A stretch of DNA of 64,000 nt from Patescibacteria group bacterium (GTDB lineage Bacteria > Patescibacteriota > Patescibacteriia > UBA9570 > JAHJKD01): positions 381 to 64,380 of the forward strand of contig JAZDOC010000017.1 of assembly GCA_043798935.1 (NCBI GenBank), written 5' to 3'. A program made the translations under genes and the position numbers. The notes under the pieces were generated by a model. That model was not told where the DNA came from. It did not search any database and saw only the letters and a list, made by a program, of their open reading frames with translations. Of the stretch, positions 1 through 12,451 are shown piece after piece; positions within the stretch are counted from its first letter, which is position 1; each line of letters starts with the position of its first letter.

Positions 1-2
1 AC

Positions 3-1412
3 GCTATTAACGAGATTAAACAAGATCCTAGTGTTGATATAGTAGAGCCAAATTTTACACGAAAAATATTAACTGCTCCGAACGACCAATATTTTGATGA
101 CCAATGGTACTTATATCAGCCAAATGATATCGACATGGATTCTAAAAAAGCGTGGCGCATTACCACTGGCGGCAGCGATACAGTAATCGCCATTATCGAT
201 ACGGGTGTTGATTTGGATCATGAAGATTTAGCAAATAAAATATGGATTAATGAAAATGAAATTGCCGATAATGGTATAGATGACGATGATAATGGTTATA
301 TCGACGATGTAAATGGCTGGGATTTTGTGAATAATAATAACGATCCCAACCCTGATCCTACCGGAAATGATGACAGCGGCATTACTCACGGTACTCATGT
401 GGCCGGAATTGCGGCCGCCAGTACCAACAACAACACTGGCATTAGCGGTGTGTGTTGGAATTGCCAAATTATGCCGATTCAAGTTATGGATAGCGAAGGC
501 ATGGGCGAAATCGACGGTATTTATAATGGCATTATGTATGCGGTGAATAATGGCGCTGATGTGATTAATTTAAGTTTCGGTAGTTACGATTATAGCGCCA
601 CGGAAAAAAGAGCCATTGACGCGGCACGGGCTAAACAAATTATTGTTGTGGCTGCGGCTGGAAATGACAGTAATAATCTAAACGACGAACCTATTTATCC
701 GGCTTGTAATAAAGGCGTCTTAGCTGTGGCCGCTACTAATAAAAACGATAAGCAGGCTAGCTATTCTAATTATGGATCGGGTTGCGTTGATGTAAGTGCT
801 CCGGGGTCGTTACTGCTTAGTAGTTTATACACAAACGACCATGCTTATAATTTTTTAACTGACTATGGTTATATGAGCGGAACTTCTATGGCCACGCCTT
901 TAGTGAGCGGGCTAGCTGGATTATTAAAATCATTAACTCCGATGCTTCCAAAAAAGCAAATTGCCGATTATATTCGTGACGGCGCTGAGAAAAAAGAATT
1001 AGGCGAAAAAATGGGAGCGGGCAGAATAAATCTATATAACAGTGTGAGGCTGGCAAACGCATATTTAAAACCCCAAGCCCCCAAAACTATTCGTGCTTAT
1101 ACCGGGGAAAAAATGAAATATGAAATTTTAGCCAAAACTGCGTCCAGTGAACAAACCCCCCTTTTTAAGTGGTCAAAATCTACAACTAATGTTGGCAGTA
1201 TAATCGGCTATTATGTTTATTGGGGCACTAATAAAAATGCTAATCCTAAAAAGGTCGGCACGTTTCAAACCAGTCGAAAGTATCATGTGCGTGGCAAACA
1301 AAAAATTTCCAAAAAATTTAATACAGTATATTATTTGATTGTGAAAGCTAAAAATAGTGATAATAAAGTTTCGAAAAAAAGTAAAAGATTTAAATTTATT
1401 TATCAACCATAA
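3..1412 (+). CDS. S8 (subtilisin-like) serine peptidase, 5'-truncated by the window edge
   Basis: Catalytic motifs IAIIDTG, HGTHVAG, AAAGN, GTSMATP. Frame is open from base 3 (AINEIKQDPSVDIVEPNF...PNDQYFDDQWYL), so the true start lies upstream of the window. Basic beta-rich C-terminal domain. Confidence 0.93.
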   Translation, partial: AINEIKQDPSVDIVEPNFTRKILTAPNDQYFDDQWYLYQPNDIDMDSKKAWRITTGGSDTVIAIIDTGVDLDHEDLANKIWINENEIADNGIDDDDNGYIDDVNGWDFVNNNNDPNPDPTGNDDSGITHGTHVAGIAAASTNNNTGISGVCWNCQIMPIQVMDSEGMGEIDGIYNGIMYAVNNGADVINLSFGSYDYSATEKRAIDAARAKQIIVVAAAGNDSNNLNDEPIYPACNKGVLAVAATNKNDKQASYSNYGSGCVDVSAPGSLLLSSLYTNDHAYNFLTDYGYMSGTSMATPLVSGLAGLLKSLTPMLPKKQIADYIRDGAEKKELGEKMGAGRINLYNSVRLANAYLKPQAPKTIRAYTGEKMKYEILAKTASSEQTPLFKWSKSTTNVGSIIGYYVYWGTNKNANPKKVGTFQTSRKYHVRGKQKISKKFNTVYYLIVKAKNSDNKVSKKSKRFKFIYQP

Positions 1413-1417
1413 ATATT

Positions 1418-1807
1418 ATGCCTATTACTATAACCAATCTAGCCATTAATACGGTTTTGCTGGTTATCGTTTATTGCTTGAAAAATACTTTGCCGCGCTG
1501 GCGCAGAGTTCACGGCCTGGAAATTGAAAAAATTAATAAAGCCTGGTTCATATTGTCGCTCAGCGTAATCTGCGCCGGGCTGGCCTGGTATTTTCCCACG
1601 CACCGTATATTAAATGTGCTAAGCAGTCTATTGGCTCTATCAGCCATGAGTGTTTTTTTTAACACTCTGCAAGAATGGTTTAAAAGAAGCCAGCATTTCA
1701 AAATGAAAAAAGAAGATTTATGGACGCTGGGAGTTTGGATTTTCTGGTTATTGTCGGGAGCTATGTTTTTAGCTAATATAATGATATATCTAATGAATAC
1801 AAATTAA
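1418..1807 (+). CDS. Hypothetical membrane protein (~4 TM)
   Basis: 129-aa ORF with four hydrophobic stretches, 5 nt after the peptidase stop. Confidence 0.6.
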   Translation: MPITITNLAINTVLLVIVYCLKNTLPRWRRVHGLEIEKINKAWFILSLSVICAGLAWYFPTHRILNVLSSLLALSAMSVFFNTLQEWFKRSQHFKMKKEDLWTLGVWIFWLLSGAMFLANIMIYLMNTN

Positions 1808-1828
1808 ATAATAAATAATAAATATTTT

Positions 1829-2260
1829 ATGATGTACACGTTTATTATCAGTCGGTTAATTATTAGTGCTTTACTGGGGTTTTTAATCGGTATTGAACGT
1901 GACCGCGTGCACAAAGAAGCAGGTATTAGAACCATGTCGCTCGTGGCACTAGGCACAACGCTTTTTACATTGTTATCCATTTACGGCTTGGCTAATACGG
2001 ATATTGATTACGACCCAACGCGGATTATGTCTAATGTGGTTACCGGCATTGGTTTCTTGGGCGCCGGTATTATAATTTTTCATGGTGAAAGAGTGCACAA
2101 CATGACTACGGCCGCTACTATCTGGGTGATGGCTGGCATTGGTATGGCAGTTGGCATGGGATGGTATATTCCGGCCGTAGCTGTCACTCTACTTACTTTA
2201 ATAATATTAATTACAGTGCGGGTGTTAAACTTAGAAGAAAAAATTGGAAAAAAAGTTTAG
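1829..2260 (+). CDS. MgtC/SapB family membrane protein
   Basis: IGIER..KEAGIRT, DPTRIMSNVVTGIGFLGAG and TTAATIW signatures. Confidence 0.92.
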   Translation: MMYTFIISRLIISALLGFLIGIERDRVHKEAGIRTMSLVALGTTLFTLLSIYGLANTDIDYDPTRIMSNVVTGIGFLGAGIIIFHGERVHNMTTAATIWVMAGIGMAVGMGWYIPAVAVTLLTLIILITVRVLNLEEKIGKKV

Positions 2261-2266
2261 CCTACT

Positions 2267-3574
2267 ATGAAACGATTATTAAAAAAAATATTACCGAAAT
2301 CAGCTTTGTCTTTTTACCATAAAAGTCTGGCCTTTTTAGCAGCGTGGTATTATGGGTATCGGTCGGAAAAATTAATTGTAATTGGTGTGACGGGTACAAA
2401 AGGAAAATCTACAACTAGCAATATTTTATGGCATTTATTAGAGGGCGCTGGTTATCACACCGGGCTTACTTCCACGGCTAATTTTAAAATTCATAACACA
2501 ACTTGGGTAAACAGCCAAAAAATGACCATGGTGGGTCGGTTTCAATTGCAAAAATTATTAAAACAAATGGTTGATGCTAAGTGCCAGTATGCGGTAATTG
2601 AAGTTTCATCCGAAGGAATAAAACAATGGCGTCATTATGGCGTTAATTTTGATTATGCATTTTTTCTAAATTTAAGCCCCGAGCACATTGAAGCACATGG
2701 CGGATACGAGAACTATAAGCAAGCTAAAGGTAAACTATTTGCAGCATTGGCCAAAAAAAGTAAAAAAATTAACGGACAAGTAGTTAAGAAAATAATTTTT
2801 GCTAATAGCGATGACCAAGAAGCGCCATATTATTTAAATTTTCAGTCTGAAATTAAAATTACTTATGGCCAGGGTGAACCAGCTAATGTGCGGGCCGAAA
2901 ATGTCTGTCTAGAAAAACAGGGCATAAGCTGGCAAATAAAGGATATTAATTTTTATTTACCGCAAATTGGCTTGTATAACATTTATAATGCCATGCCGGC
3001 CGTAGCGCTGGGGCTTGAGATAGGATTAACATTACCACAAATCAGCTCTATATTATCTCAGTTTCCCGGTATGCCTGGCAGAATGGAGTTGATTTCTAAT
3101 AATAGACAGCTTAATGTAATAGTCGATTATTGTTATGAGCCTAAAAGTTTAGAATTAGCTTTAACTACTTTAAAGCAATTATATATTAAACCCGAGTTAA
3201 ATAATGCGATTATTGCCGTTTCCGGCCCAACCGGAGGCGGTCGCGATAGTTGGCGTCGACCGGTTATGGGTGAATTATTGGCTAATAATTGTAAATATTC
3301 AATTATTACTACTGATGATCCATATGATGATGACCCTAGTAAAATTGCCGATGAAATGATAGAAGGTTTAAAAAAACAAGGAAAAATAGAAAATCAAGAT
3401 TATTTTAAAATAATTGATAGAAAATCAGCTATTAAAAAAGCTATAGAATTGGCTAAAATTAATGATGTAATTCTTTTGGCTGGTAAAGGGTGTGACCCGG
3501 TTATGGCGGTAGCGAATGGAAAAAGCATAAAATGGGATGACCGAGAAGTGGCAAAAGAACTGTTAAATATGTAA
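2267..3574 (+). CDS. murE: UDP-MurNAc-tripeptide synthetase (MurE-type Mur ligase)
   Basis: GVTGTKGKSTT P-loop, EVSSEG, NLSPEH, PGRME, VIVDY, GGGRD, LLAGKG. Confidence 0.88.
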   Translation: MKRLLKKILPKSALSFYHKSLAFLAAWYYGYRSEKLIVIGVTGTKGKSTTSNILWHLLEGAGYHTGLTSTANFKIHNTTWVNSQKMTMVGRFQLQKLLKQMVDAKCQYAVIEVSSEGIKQWRHYGVNFDYAFFLNLSPEHIEAHGGYENYKQAKGKLFAALAKKSKKINGQVVKKIIFANSDDQEAPYYLNFQSEIKITYGQGEPANVRAENVCLEKQGISWQIKDINFYLPQIGLYNIYNAMPAVALGLEIGLTLPQISSILSQFPGMPGRMELISNNRQLNVIVDYCYEPKSLELALTTLKQLYIKPELNNAIIAVSGPTGGGRDSWRRPVMGELLANNCKYSIITTDDPYDDDPSKIADEMIEGLKKQGKIENQDYFKIIDRKSAIKKAIELAKINDVILLAGKGCDPVMAVANGKSIKWDDREVAKELLNM

Positions 3575-3734
3575 TGTGTATAACTTGGGGGAAAGGGCTG
3601 TATAAAAAAGGTAAGTAAAGTTTAATATAATAATGGTGTGATCACATGATTATACCTCCATGCCTGGCTATATTAGCTAATATTAGCCAAAATATATAAG
3701 TGTGGACAAAAAATTTGACAAAATATAGGTATAC

Positions 3735-3763
3735 TTGACAGTGTGTTTAAAACAGTGTAAAGT
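3735..3763 (+). promoter_or_regulatory. Sigma70-type promoter for rpoBC
   Basis: TTGACA-17 nt-TAAAGT about 155 nt upstream of the rpoB ATG. Confidence 0.6.
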
Positions 3764-3918
3764 AAATTTTGCGTTTAATCATGACTAAGGGAAGAAAAAC
3801 CGCATTTTATCACAACAAATAAGCAAATTTTGGAAGTGAAGATCTTCTCTCAAATTTATAATAAATAATTAATAAACCCATATTTAATAAATAATAACAT
3901 GGGTGCTTTTGTTTTATT

Positions 3919-6900
3919 ATGCCAAAAACCAACGATTATCTAAGAGGCCGAAAAACATTTTCCGCCTTAGTTGAAAGCGTACCTTTGCCAAATTTAATTG
4001 AGGTACAAAATAATTCTTATAAATGGTTCATGACTGAAGGTTTAAAAGAATTATTAAGTGAAATTAATCCGATTGTGGATTTTACTGGAAAAGATTTAGA
4101 ATTGTATTTGGAAGATTATTATTTGGATGAACCTCGTTTTGATGAACGAACCGCTAAAGCCAAAAACATTACTTATGAAGCGGCTTTGCGTATTAATGCA
4201 AAATTAGTTAATAAACGAACCAAAGAAAAGAAAACTCAAGAAGTTTATTTAGGTGATTTTCCGTTAATGACCAATCGAGGCACATTCATTATTAATGGCG
4301 TAGAAAGAGCAGTGGTTTCTCAGCTGATTAGAAGTGCCGGCATATTCTTTACTTCCAATGTTCAACGCGGTCGTCGATATTATGGTGCCAAGATTATTCC
4401 TAATCGTGGTGCTTGGTTAGAATTTGAAACCGATATGAACAATGTAATTTATGTAAAAATAGATCGCAAAAGAAAAGTAGCCGCCACTTCATTATTGCGC
4501 GCTTTCGGCTATGGAACAGACGAAGAATTATTAGCTTTGTTTAAAGACATTAAAGATGATGAAAATAAACATATTGAATCTACTTTACATAAAGACATAG
4601 CTAAATCCGAAGGTGAAGGCTTAAAAGAAATTTATAAAAGAATCAGACCAGGCGATTTAGCCACGGTTGATAATGCCCGCAGTTTAATTCATAGCATGTT
4701 TTTCAATTTTAATCGCTATGATTTTGGTAAAGTTGGTCGTTATAAAATAAATATGCGTTTTGATTTTTCTTTTCCCATTGATCAAGACAACCGAGTTCTT
4801 AAAAAAGAAGATGTAGTATCTGCGCTTAAAGAAATAATCAGATTAAATAATTCACAGGAAGAAGCTGACGATATTGATCATTTGGGAAATCGCCGTGTAC
4901 GCGCCATTGGTGAATTAGTGCAAAATAAATTCCGGATTGGTTTGGCTAGAATGGAAAGAATTGTAAAAGACCGCATGAGTACTAAAGATGTAGCCACGTT
5001 AACACCCGGCTTATTAATTAATGCCCGTCCATTAATTGGCTCGATTCGTGAGTTTTTTATGTCTTCACAGTTATCCCAGTTCATGGATCAAACAAATCCA
5101 CTGGCCGAGCTTGAACATAAACGAAGATTGTCTGCTATGGGTCCGGGAGGTTTATCTCGGGAAAGAGCTGGCTTTGAAGTGCGCGATGTACATAGAACTC
5201 ATTATGGGCGTATTTGTCCGATTGCTACCCCGGAAGGACCAAACATTGGTTTAGTGGGTCATTTAGCTTGTTATGCCAGAATTAATGAATATGGTTTTAT
5301 AGAAACTCCATATCGTAAAATTGCTAAAGACGAAAAAAATAAACGCGCTCGCGTGACTGATGAAATTGTTTATTTGGACGCTTTTACCGAAGAACGTAAA
5401 ACTACTGTATCAGCCACTGCTCCGGTTGATGAAAAAGGATATTTTAAAGTTGAAAAAATTGAAGTACGCCGTCAAGGTAAACCAGCTATTGAAAATGTTT
5501 GGAGCATCGATTATATGGATGTATCCCCCAGACAAATTGTATCAGTAGCCACATCATTAATTCCATTTCTAGAGCATGATGACGCTGTGCGTGCTCTTAT
5601 GGGTACAAACATGCAACGTCAGTCGGTTTCATGTATCAAGCCCGACGCACCTATTATTGGTACTGGTATTGAATATAAAGCCGCGCAAGATTCAGGACAA
5701 GTAATTGTTAGTGAACAAAATGGCAGTGTTACCGAAGCTGATGCGGCTCATATTGTGATCAAAGATAAAAAAGGTGAAGAATTTACTTACCTGTTAAATA
5801 ACTTCGCTCGTTCCAATGCTTCAACCTGCATGAACCAAAAAGTAATTGTAAATGTTGGCGATAAAATTAAAGAAGGTGACCCATTAGCCGACGGCGCGTC
5901 AACCGACAAAGGTGAATTAGCTTTGGGGCAGAATGTACTCGTGGCTTACATGCCTTGGGAAGGTGGCAACTATGAAGATGCTATCCTAATTTCTGATCGC
6001 TTAGTGCAAGCCGATAAATATACATCTATTCATATTGAAGATTATACAATCGATGTTCGCGAAACCAAGCTTGGTCCCGAAGTAGTAACGCGCGATATTC
6101 CTAATGTTAGTGAAGAAAAATTAAAAGATTTAGACGCTGAAGGCGTAATTAGAATCGGTGCGCAAGTAGCCTCCGGAGATATTTTAGTTGGAAAAATTAC
6201 ACCCAAAGGTGAAACTGAATTATCTGCCGAAGAAAAATTATTACGCGCTATTTTTGGTGAAAAAGCCAAAGACGTAAAAGATTCTTCATTATATTTAGAG
6301 CATGGTGAGCACGGTAAAGTAGTTGATATTAAAATCTTTTCCAAAGAAAACGGCGATAAATTGCCAGCCGGTGTAATCAAGACCATTCAAATATCAATCG
6401 CTCAACTTAGAAAAATTCAAGTTGGTGATAAAATGGCCGGTCGTCATGGAAACAAAGGTGTAATTTCTCGTATTGTTCCGGTTGAAGACATGCCATACAT
6501 GCAAGATGGTACGCCAGTGGATATAGTTTTAAACCCTCTAGGCATTGTGTCGCGTATGAATTTAGGCCAAGTACTAGAAACTCATTTAGGATTAGCAGCC
6601 AAAGCCTTGGGTTATAAAGTAGCTACCATTCCTTTTAGCGGTGTGTCGGTTGAAGAAATTAAAAGACAATTGGAATTAGCTAAATTTCCATCGGATGGAA
6701 AATTAACATTAGTTGATGGCCGTACCGGTGAAACTTTTAAGAAAAAAGTTACCTGCGGTATTGCTTATATGTTGAAACTAAATCATATGGTGGAAGATAA
6801 AATTCATCAAAGATCAATCGGTCCTTACTCTTTGGTTACACAACAGCCTTTGGGTGGAAAAGCACAATTCGGTGGTCAGAGATTTGGTGAAATGGAAGTA

Positions 6901-7164
6901 TGGGCACTGGAAGCTTATGGTGCCGCACATACTTTACAAGAAATTCTAACCATCAAATCCGATGATGTGCCGGGTCGTTCCAAAGCCTATGAAGCTGTCA
7001 TCAAAGGTGAGAAAATTGATAAAGTAAATGTACCCGAATCTTTCAATGTGTTGGTGAGAGAATTAAAGGGATTATGTTTAGAAGTAGATCTTTTCGATAA
7101 GGATAAAAAAGAAGGCAGTGAAGCAGAAGCTGATGAAGATGCTGACAAGGAAGAGCAAAAATAA
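3919..7164 (+). CDS. rpoB: RNA polymerase beta subunit
   Basis: [45 protein letters not shown]. Compact 1081-aa form. Confidence 0.99.
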   Translation: MPKTNDYLRGRKTFSALVESVPLPNLIEVQNNSYKWFMTEGLKELLSEINPIVDFTGKDLELYLEDYYLDEPRFDERTAKAKNITYEAALRINAKLVNKRTKEKKTQEVYLGDFPLMTNRGTFIINGVERAVVSQLIRSAGIFFTSNVQRGRRYYGAKIIPNRGAWLEFETDMNNVIYVKIDRKRKVAATSLLRAFGYGTDEELLALFKDIKDDENKHIESTLHKDIAKSEGEGLKEIYKRIRPGDLATVDNARSLIHSMFFNFNRYDFGKVGRYKINMRFDFSFPIDQDNRVLKKEDVVSALKEIIRLNNSQEEADDIDHLGNRRVRAIGELVQNKFRIGLARMERIVKDRMSTKDVATLTPGLLINARPLIGSIREFFMSSQLSQFMDQTNPLAELEHKRRLSAMGPGGLSRERAGFEVRDVHRTHYGRICPIATPEGPNIGLVGHLACYARINEYGFIETPYRKIAKDEKNKRARVTDEIVYLDAFTEERKTTVSATAPVDEKGYFKVEKIEVRRQGKPAIENVWSIDYMDVSPRQIVSVATSLIPFLEHDDAVRALMGTNMQRQSVSCIKPDAPIIGTGIEYKAAQDSGQVIVSEQNGSVTEADAAHIVIKDKKGEEFTYLLNNFARSNASTCMNQKVIVNVGDKIKEGDPLADGASTDKGELALGQNVLVAYMPWEGGNYEDAILISDRLVQADKYTSIHIEDYTIDVRETKLGPEVVTRDIPNVSEEKLKDLDAEGVIRIGAQVASGDILVGKITPKGETELSAEEKLLRAIFGEKAKDVKDSSLYLEHGEHGKVVDIKIFSKENGDKLPAGVIKTIQISIAQLRKIQVGDKMAGRHGNKGVISRIVPVEDMPYMQDGTPVDIVLNPLGIVSRMNLGQVLETHLGLAAKALGYKVATIPFSGVSVEEIKRQLELAKFPSDGKLTLVDGRTGETFKKKVTCGIAYMLKLNHMVEDKIHQRSIGPYSLVTQQPLGGKAQFGGQRFGEMEVWALEAYGAAHTLQEILTIKSDDVPGRSKAYEAVIKGEKIDKVNVPESFNVLVRELKGLCLEVDLFDKDKKEGSEAEADEDADKEEQK

Positions 7165-7203
7165 TTATCGATTTAATAAAATTTACATAATAACTTAAAT
7201 TAT

Positions 7204-10200
7204 ATGATTGAACATAATATTCATCAAACCAACGATTTTAATGCCATTCGTTTGAAGCTGGCATCACCCGCCGAAATTAAAGATTGGTCTTTTGGCGAAG
7301 TAGTCCGTCCGGAAACCATTAATTACCGTACGCAAAAACCGGAAAAAGACGGTTTGTTTTGCGAGAAAATTTTTGGTCCATCAAAAGACTGGGAATGCTA
7401 TTGCGGTAAATATAAAAAGATTCGCTATAAAGGCATTATCTGCGATAAGTGCGGTGTTGAGGTTACTCGTTCGATTGTTCGTCGTGAGCGCATGGGGCAC
7501 ATTGAATTAGCCGCGCCGGTTTCACATATTTGGTTTTTACGTGGCGTGCCTTCTAAAATTGGTTTAGTGCTAGACTTGTCTCCGCAAGCTTTGGAAAAAG
7601 TAATTTATTTTGCTAATTTCATTATTACGAAAGTTCATGATGAATTAAAACAAGAAACCGTTGATCAAATTAATCATGAAGCTGAAAGCAAAAGAAAAAT
7701 GATTCGTGTCGAAAGCACTCAACATTTAAGCGAAATAAAGAAAAATGAAGAAGAAGTTTTACGTTCAGCTACGACCGATAAAGCCAAGGCTAAAATTGCC
7801 GAAGAATATGAGCAGGAAAACATCAACGCCACTATCATGCGTGATGAAAAATTGAAAGGTTTAGAAGACGCTGTCGACTTGGCTAAAAAAGAGCTAAAAG
7901 ATTTAAAAGAATTACAGATAATTTCTGAAAATAAATATCAAGACTTGTCTTTAAAGTATGGTCATGTTTTTGAAGCCAGTATTGGCGCTGAAGCAGTCAG
8001 AGAGCTATTGGAACAAGTTGACATCGATAAATCCATTGAAGGTTTAGTGGAAGAAATGAAAGAAGCCAGTAAGAATCAACAGCATCGTTTGATTCGGCGT
8101 TTGAAATTATTAAAGAATTTAAAGAAAAATAATATTCGACCCGAGTGGATGATTTTGAACGTGCTTCCGGTTATTCCACCAGATTTACGACCAATGGTAC
8201 AGTTAGACGGCGGTCGATTTGCGGCTTCAGATTTAAACGATTTATATCGTCGTGTCATTAATCGTAATAATCGTTTAAAAAGATTAAAAGAACTAAATGC
8301 GCCTGAAGTTATTCAACGCAATGAAAAAAGAATGTTGCAGGAAGCCGTAGATGCATTAATCGATAACGGCGCCCGTCATGGTAAAACCGTAACTGCTTCA
8401 ACCGGCCAAAAGAGAATGCTTAAATCTTTAGCCGATATGTTGAAAGGCAAGCAGGGTCGTTTCCGTCAGAACTTATTAGGCAAGCGTGTAGATTATTCCG
8501 GTCGTAGCGTAATCGTAGTTGGTCCGAATTTAAAATTACACCAATGCGGTTTGCCGAAACGAATGGCTTTAGAATTATTTAAACCGTTTGTAATTTCTAA
8601 ATTAATCGCCCGTGAATATGTTTATAACGTCCGTAGTGCTAATCGTTTTATTGAAAGTGGTCGACCCGAAGTATGGGATATTTTAGAAGAAATTACCAAG
8701 CATGCACACGTAATGTTGAATCGTGCGCCGACTTTACATCGATTAGGCATCCAAGCTTTCCAACCAGTATTAATTGAAGGTAAGGCTATTCAGATTCATC
8801 CATTAGTTTGTACGGCTTTCAATGCCGATTTCGACGGTGATCAAATGGCCGTTCATGTTCCATTAACCGATGAAGCTAAAAAGGAAGCTGCGCGAATTAT
8901 GCTGTCTTCACACAACTTATTAAAGCCGGCTACGGGTGAACCGGTTGTAACTCCTTCACAGGATATCGTACTGGGTATTTATTATCTTACCTCTATCGAT
9001 GACGATGACGATAAAAAAATTAATCATTTCAGTAATGAAGAAGAAGCTATTTTAGCTCATGATAGCGAATGTATTTCATTACAACGAAAGATAAAAGTAA
9101 GGATTAATAATGAAATGGTCGAGACAACTTGCGGACGTATAATTTTTAATAAAATTTTACCCGAATCCTTACGTTTTGTGAACAAGCTTATTAATAAAAA
9201 AAGTCTAAAAGAAGTTATTGCCGAATGCTTAGTAAAAGAAGGGCAGGAACGCACGGTTCAATTATTAGACGATGTGAAAGACGAAGCTAATAAATATATA
9301 ACTTTTTCAGGTATGAGCTGGGGCATGGATGATACACCGGTGCCAACGGCCAAAAAAGAAATCATGAAAAGTTCGGAAGCCATGGTTGAAGAAATCCAGG
9401 GTCAATATGATATGGGTTTATTAACTGACGATGAACGACGAACTAAAATTATTGAAATATGGACAAAAGCCAAAAATGATTTAACCGATGCGTGCCGCGA
9501 TAATCTTGATACAAAAAGCTCCACTTATTTCATGATTGATTCTGGGGCGCGTGGTTCTTGGGGCCAGGTTACTCAGATGGTCGGTATGAAAGGCTTAGTA
9601 ATTAACCCGGCTGGTGAAACCATCGAGTTGCCCGTGAAATCTTCATTTAAAGAAGGTTTTGATGTACTGGAATTTTTCTTTTCCACTCATGGTGCTCGAA
9701 AAGGTTTAACTGACACAGCTTTAAGAACAGCCAATGCCGGTTATCTAACTCGAAGATTAATTGATGTTTCTCAAGATGTGGTCATTATTGAAGAAGATTG
9801 CGGTTGTACAGAGGGATTAGTATTAACCAAGAAAGAATGCGAAGAATTGGGCGAAGATTTTTCTACTCGCATTGTGGGTCGTGTTTTAGCACGCGATATA
9901 ATTCACCCTAAAACTAAAAAGGTAGTAATTGCCAAAGGTGAATTGGTGACTGAAGATTTAGCTAAAACCATAAAAGGTCTAGATTTAGAATCAGTAGAAA
10001 TTCGCTCTATTTTGAAATGTAAAACTTTACGCGGTGCTTGTCAAAAATGTTATGGTTACGATTTGGGTTATAATCGCATGGTTAAATTCGGAACGGCCGT
10101 TGGTATTATCGCGGCACAAAGTATTGGTGAACCAGGAACCCAGCTAACCATGAGAACATTCCACACTGGTGGTGTGGCCGGACACGATATTACTCAAGGT

Positions 10201-11139
10201 TTACCGCGTGTTGAAGAATTATTTGAAGCCCGCCCTTTAAAGAAAGCTGGAATTCTAGCTGAAGTAGACGGCGAAGTGGAAGAAATTGTTGAAAAGGGAA
10301 AGCAAAAAATAATTCGCGTACGTTATGTAAAAAACGTTGAAGATGTATTTAAAATTACTGCCAAAGCCGATGTGAAAGTTAAAGACGGTGACAATGTAAA
10401 AGAAGGTCAAGTTATATTTATCGATAAAGACGGAGAAATTAAATCTTCAATCCAAGGCAATGTAAAAGTTGAAAATAAAACTTTAACCGTGTTTGGTGAA
10501 AAACCGCACATTAAAGAACACATTGTACCAGTAGGTTTTGGTGTTTGGGTTAAAGAAGGCGATTTAGTAACCAGTGGTCAGCGATTAACTGAAGGCAATG
10601 TGAATTTGAAAGAGCTTTATTTACTGCGTGGCGTGGAACAAGTGCAGAAATATATCATGAAAGAGATTCAATATATTTATTCCTCGCAAGGTCAGAAATT
10701 AAATGATAAGCACGTAGAAATTATTGTTCGTCAAATGTTTTCACGCTATTTAGTTAAAGACGCCGGCAGTAGCGATTTCGTTTTTGGTGAAATGATTACT
10801 AGAGATCAACTACTTGAAACTAATCAACAAATAAAAAAGGATAGTGGAAAGTTGATGACAGCTGAAAATATTTTACTTGGTATTACCAAAGCGTCGTTAT
10901 CGACCGACAGTTTCTTGTCAGCCGCTTCCTTCCAGGAAACAGCGCGTATTTTAATTGATGCCGCCGTCACTGGTAAGATAGATTATTTACGGGGTCTAAA
11001 AGAAAATGTAATCATCGGTAAATTAATCCCGGTTGGTACTGGTTTTAACGATGAAATTTTAGACGCACCATTGCCGGGCGCTGAAGACGAAGATTATGAA
11101 GAAGAAAAAGTAGGTGCTGATGTAGCGTTTGAAGAATAG
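7204..11139 (+). CDS. rpoC: RNA polymerase beta' subunit
   Basis: Zn finger ECYCGKY..CDKCG, NADFDGDQM, GEPGTQLTMRTFH. Coiled-coil insertion near the N-terminus. Confidence 0.99.
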   Translation: MIEHNIHQTNDFNAIRLKLASPAEIKDWSFGEVVRPETINYRTQKPEKDGLFCEKIFGPSKDWECYCGKYKKIRYKGIICDKCGVEVTRSIVRRERMGHIELAAPVSHIWFLRGVPSKIGLVLDLSPQALEKVIYFANFIITKVHDELKQETVDQINHEAESKRKMIRVESTQHLSEIKKNEEEVLRSATTDKAKAKIAEEYEQENINATIMRDEKLKGLEDAVDLAKKELKDLKELQIISENKYQDLSLKYGHVFEASIGAEAVRELLEQVDIDKSIEGLVEEMKEASKNQQHRLIRRLKLLKNLKKNNIRPEWMILNVLPVIPPDLRPMVQLDGGRFAASDLNDLYRRVINRNNRLKRLKELNAPEVIQRNEKRMLQEAVDALIDNGARHGKTVTASTGQKRMLKSLADMLKGKQGRFRQNLLGKRVDYSGRSVIVVGPNLKLHQCGLPKRMALELFKPFVISKLIAREYVYNVRSANRFIESGRPEVWDILEEITKHAHVMLNRAPTLHRLGIQAFQPVLIEGKAIQIHPLVCTAFNADFDGDQMAVHVPLTDEAKKEAARIMLSSHNLLKPATGEPVVTPSQDIVLGIYYLTSIDDDDDKKINHFSNEEEAILAHDSECISLQRKIKVRINNEMVETTCGRIIFNKILPESLRFVNKLINKKSLKEVIAECLVKEGQERTVQLLDDVKDEANKYITFSGMSWGMDDTPVPTAKKEIMKSSEAMVEEIQGQYDMGLLTDDERRTKIIEIWTKAKNDLTDACRDNLDTKSSTYFMIDSGARGSWGQVTQMVGMKGLVINPAGETIELPVKSSFKEGFDVLEFFFSTHGARKGLTDTALRTANAGYLTRRLIDVSQDVVIIEEDCGCTEGLVLTKKECEELGEDFSTRIVGRVLARDIIHPKTKKVVIAKGELVTEDLAKTIKGLDLESVEIRSILKCKTLRGACQKCYGYDLGYNRMVKFGTAVGIIAAQSIGEPGTQLTMRTFHTGGVAGHDITQGLPRVEELFEARPLKKAGILAEVDGEVEEIVEKGKQKIIRVRYVKNVEDVFKITAKADVKVKDGDNVKEGQVIFIDKDGEIKSSIQGNVKVENKTLTVFGEKPHIKEHIVPVGFGVWVKEGDLVTSGQRLTEGNVNLKELYLLRGVEQVQKYIMKEIQYIYSSQGQKLNDKHVEIIVRQMFSRYLVKDAGSSDFVFGEMITRDQLLETNQQIKKDSGKLMTAENILLGITKASLSTDSFLSAASFQETARILIDAAVTGKIDYLRGLKENVIIGKLIPVGTGFNDEILDAPLPGAEDEDYEEEKVGADVAFEE

Positions 11140-11158
11140 AAAGACAATTCAGATATAC

Positions 11159-11192
11159 AAAAAACCCCGGGTATAAAACTCGGGGTTTTTTT
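11159..11192. terminator. Bidirectional intrinsic terminator between convergent rpoC and guaB
   Basis: AAAAAACCCCGGGT-ATAAA-ACTCGGGGTTTTTTT, a stem flanked by A and T tracts. Confidence 0.85.
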
Positions 11193-11206
11193 AGTATGAA
11201 AAAATA

Positions 11207-12307
<1,101 letters not shown>

Positions 12308-12451
12308 TTAATATTTAATAAAAATGTAATAATTATAATAGCAAAGTTAATCAAATAAATCAAGGTTAAGTGTTTACAAATGGTCTAAAATATGATAAAA
12401 TATAGTTAAATTAGCCTGTAATATCGAATAAAATATAAATATTAATATTCC

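Noticed and set aside
3575-3709. DnaA-box-like 9-mers (TGTGTATAA at 3575, TGTGGACAA at 3701; also TTATCCACA at 39331) as a replication origin
   Set aside because: Too few boxes, no dnaA/dnaN nearby, and expected by chance in AT-rich DNA.
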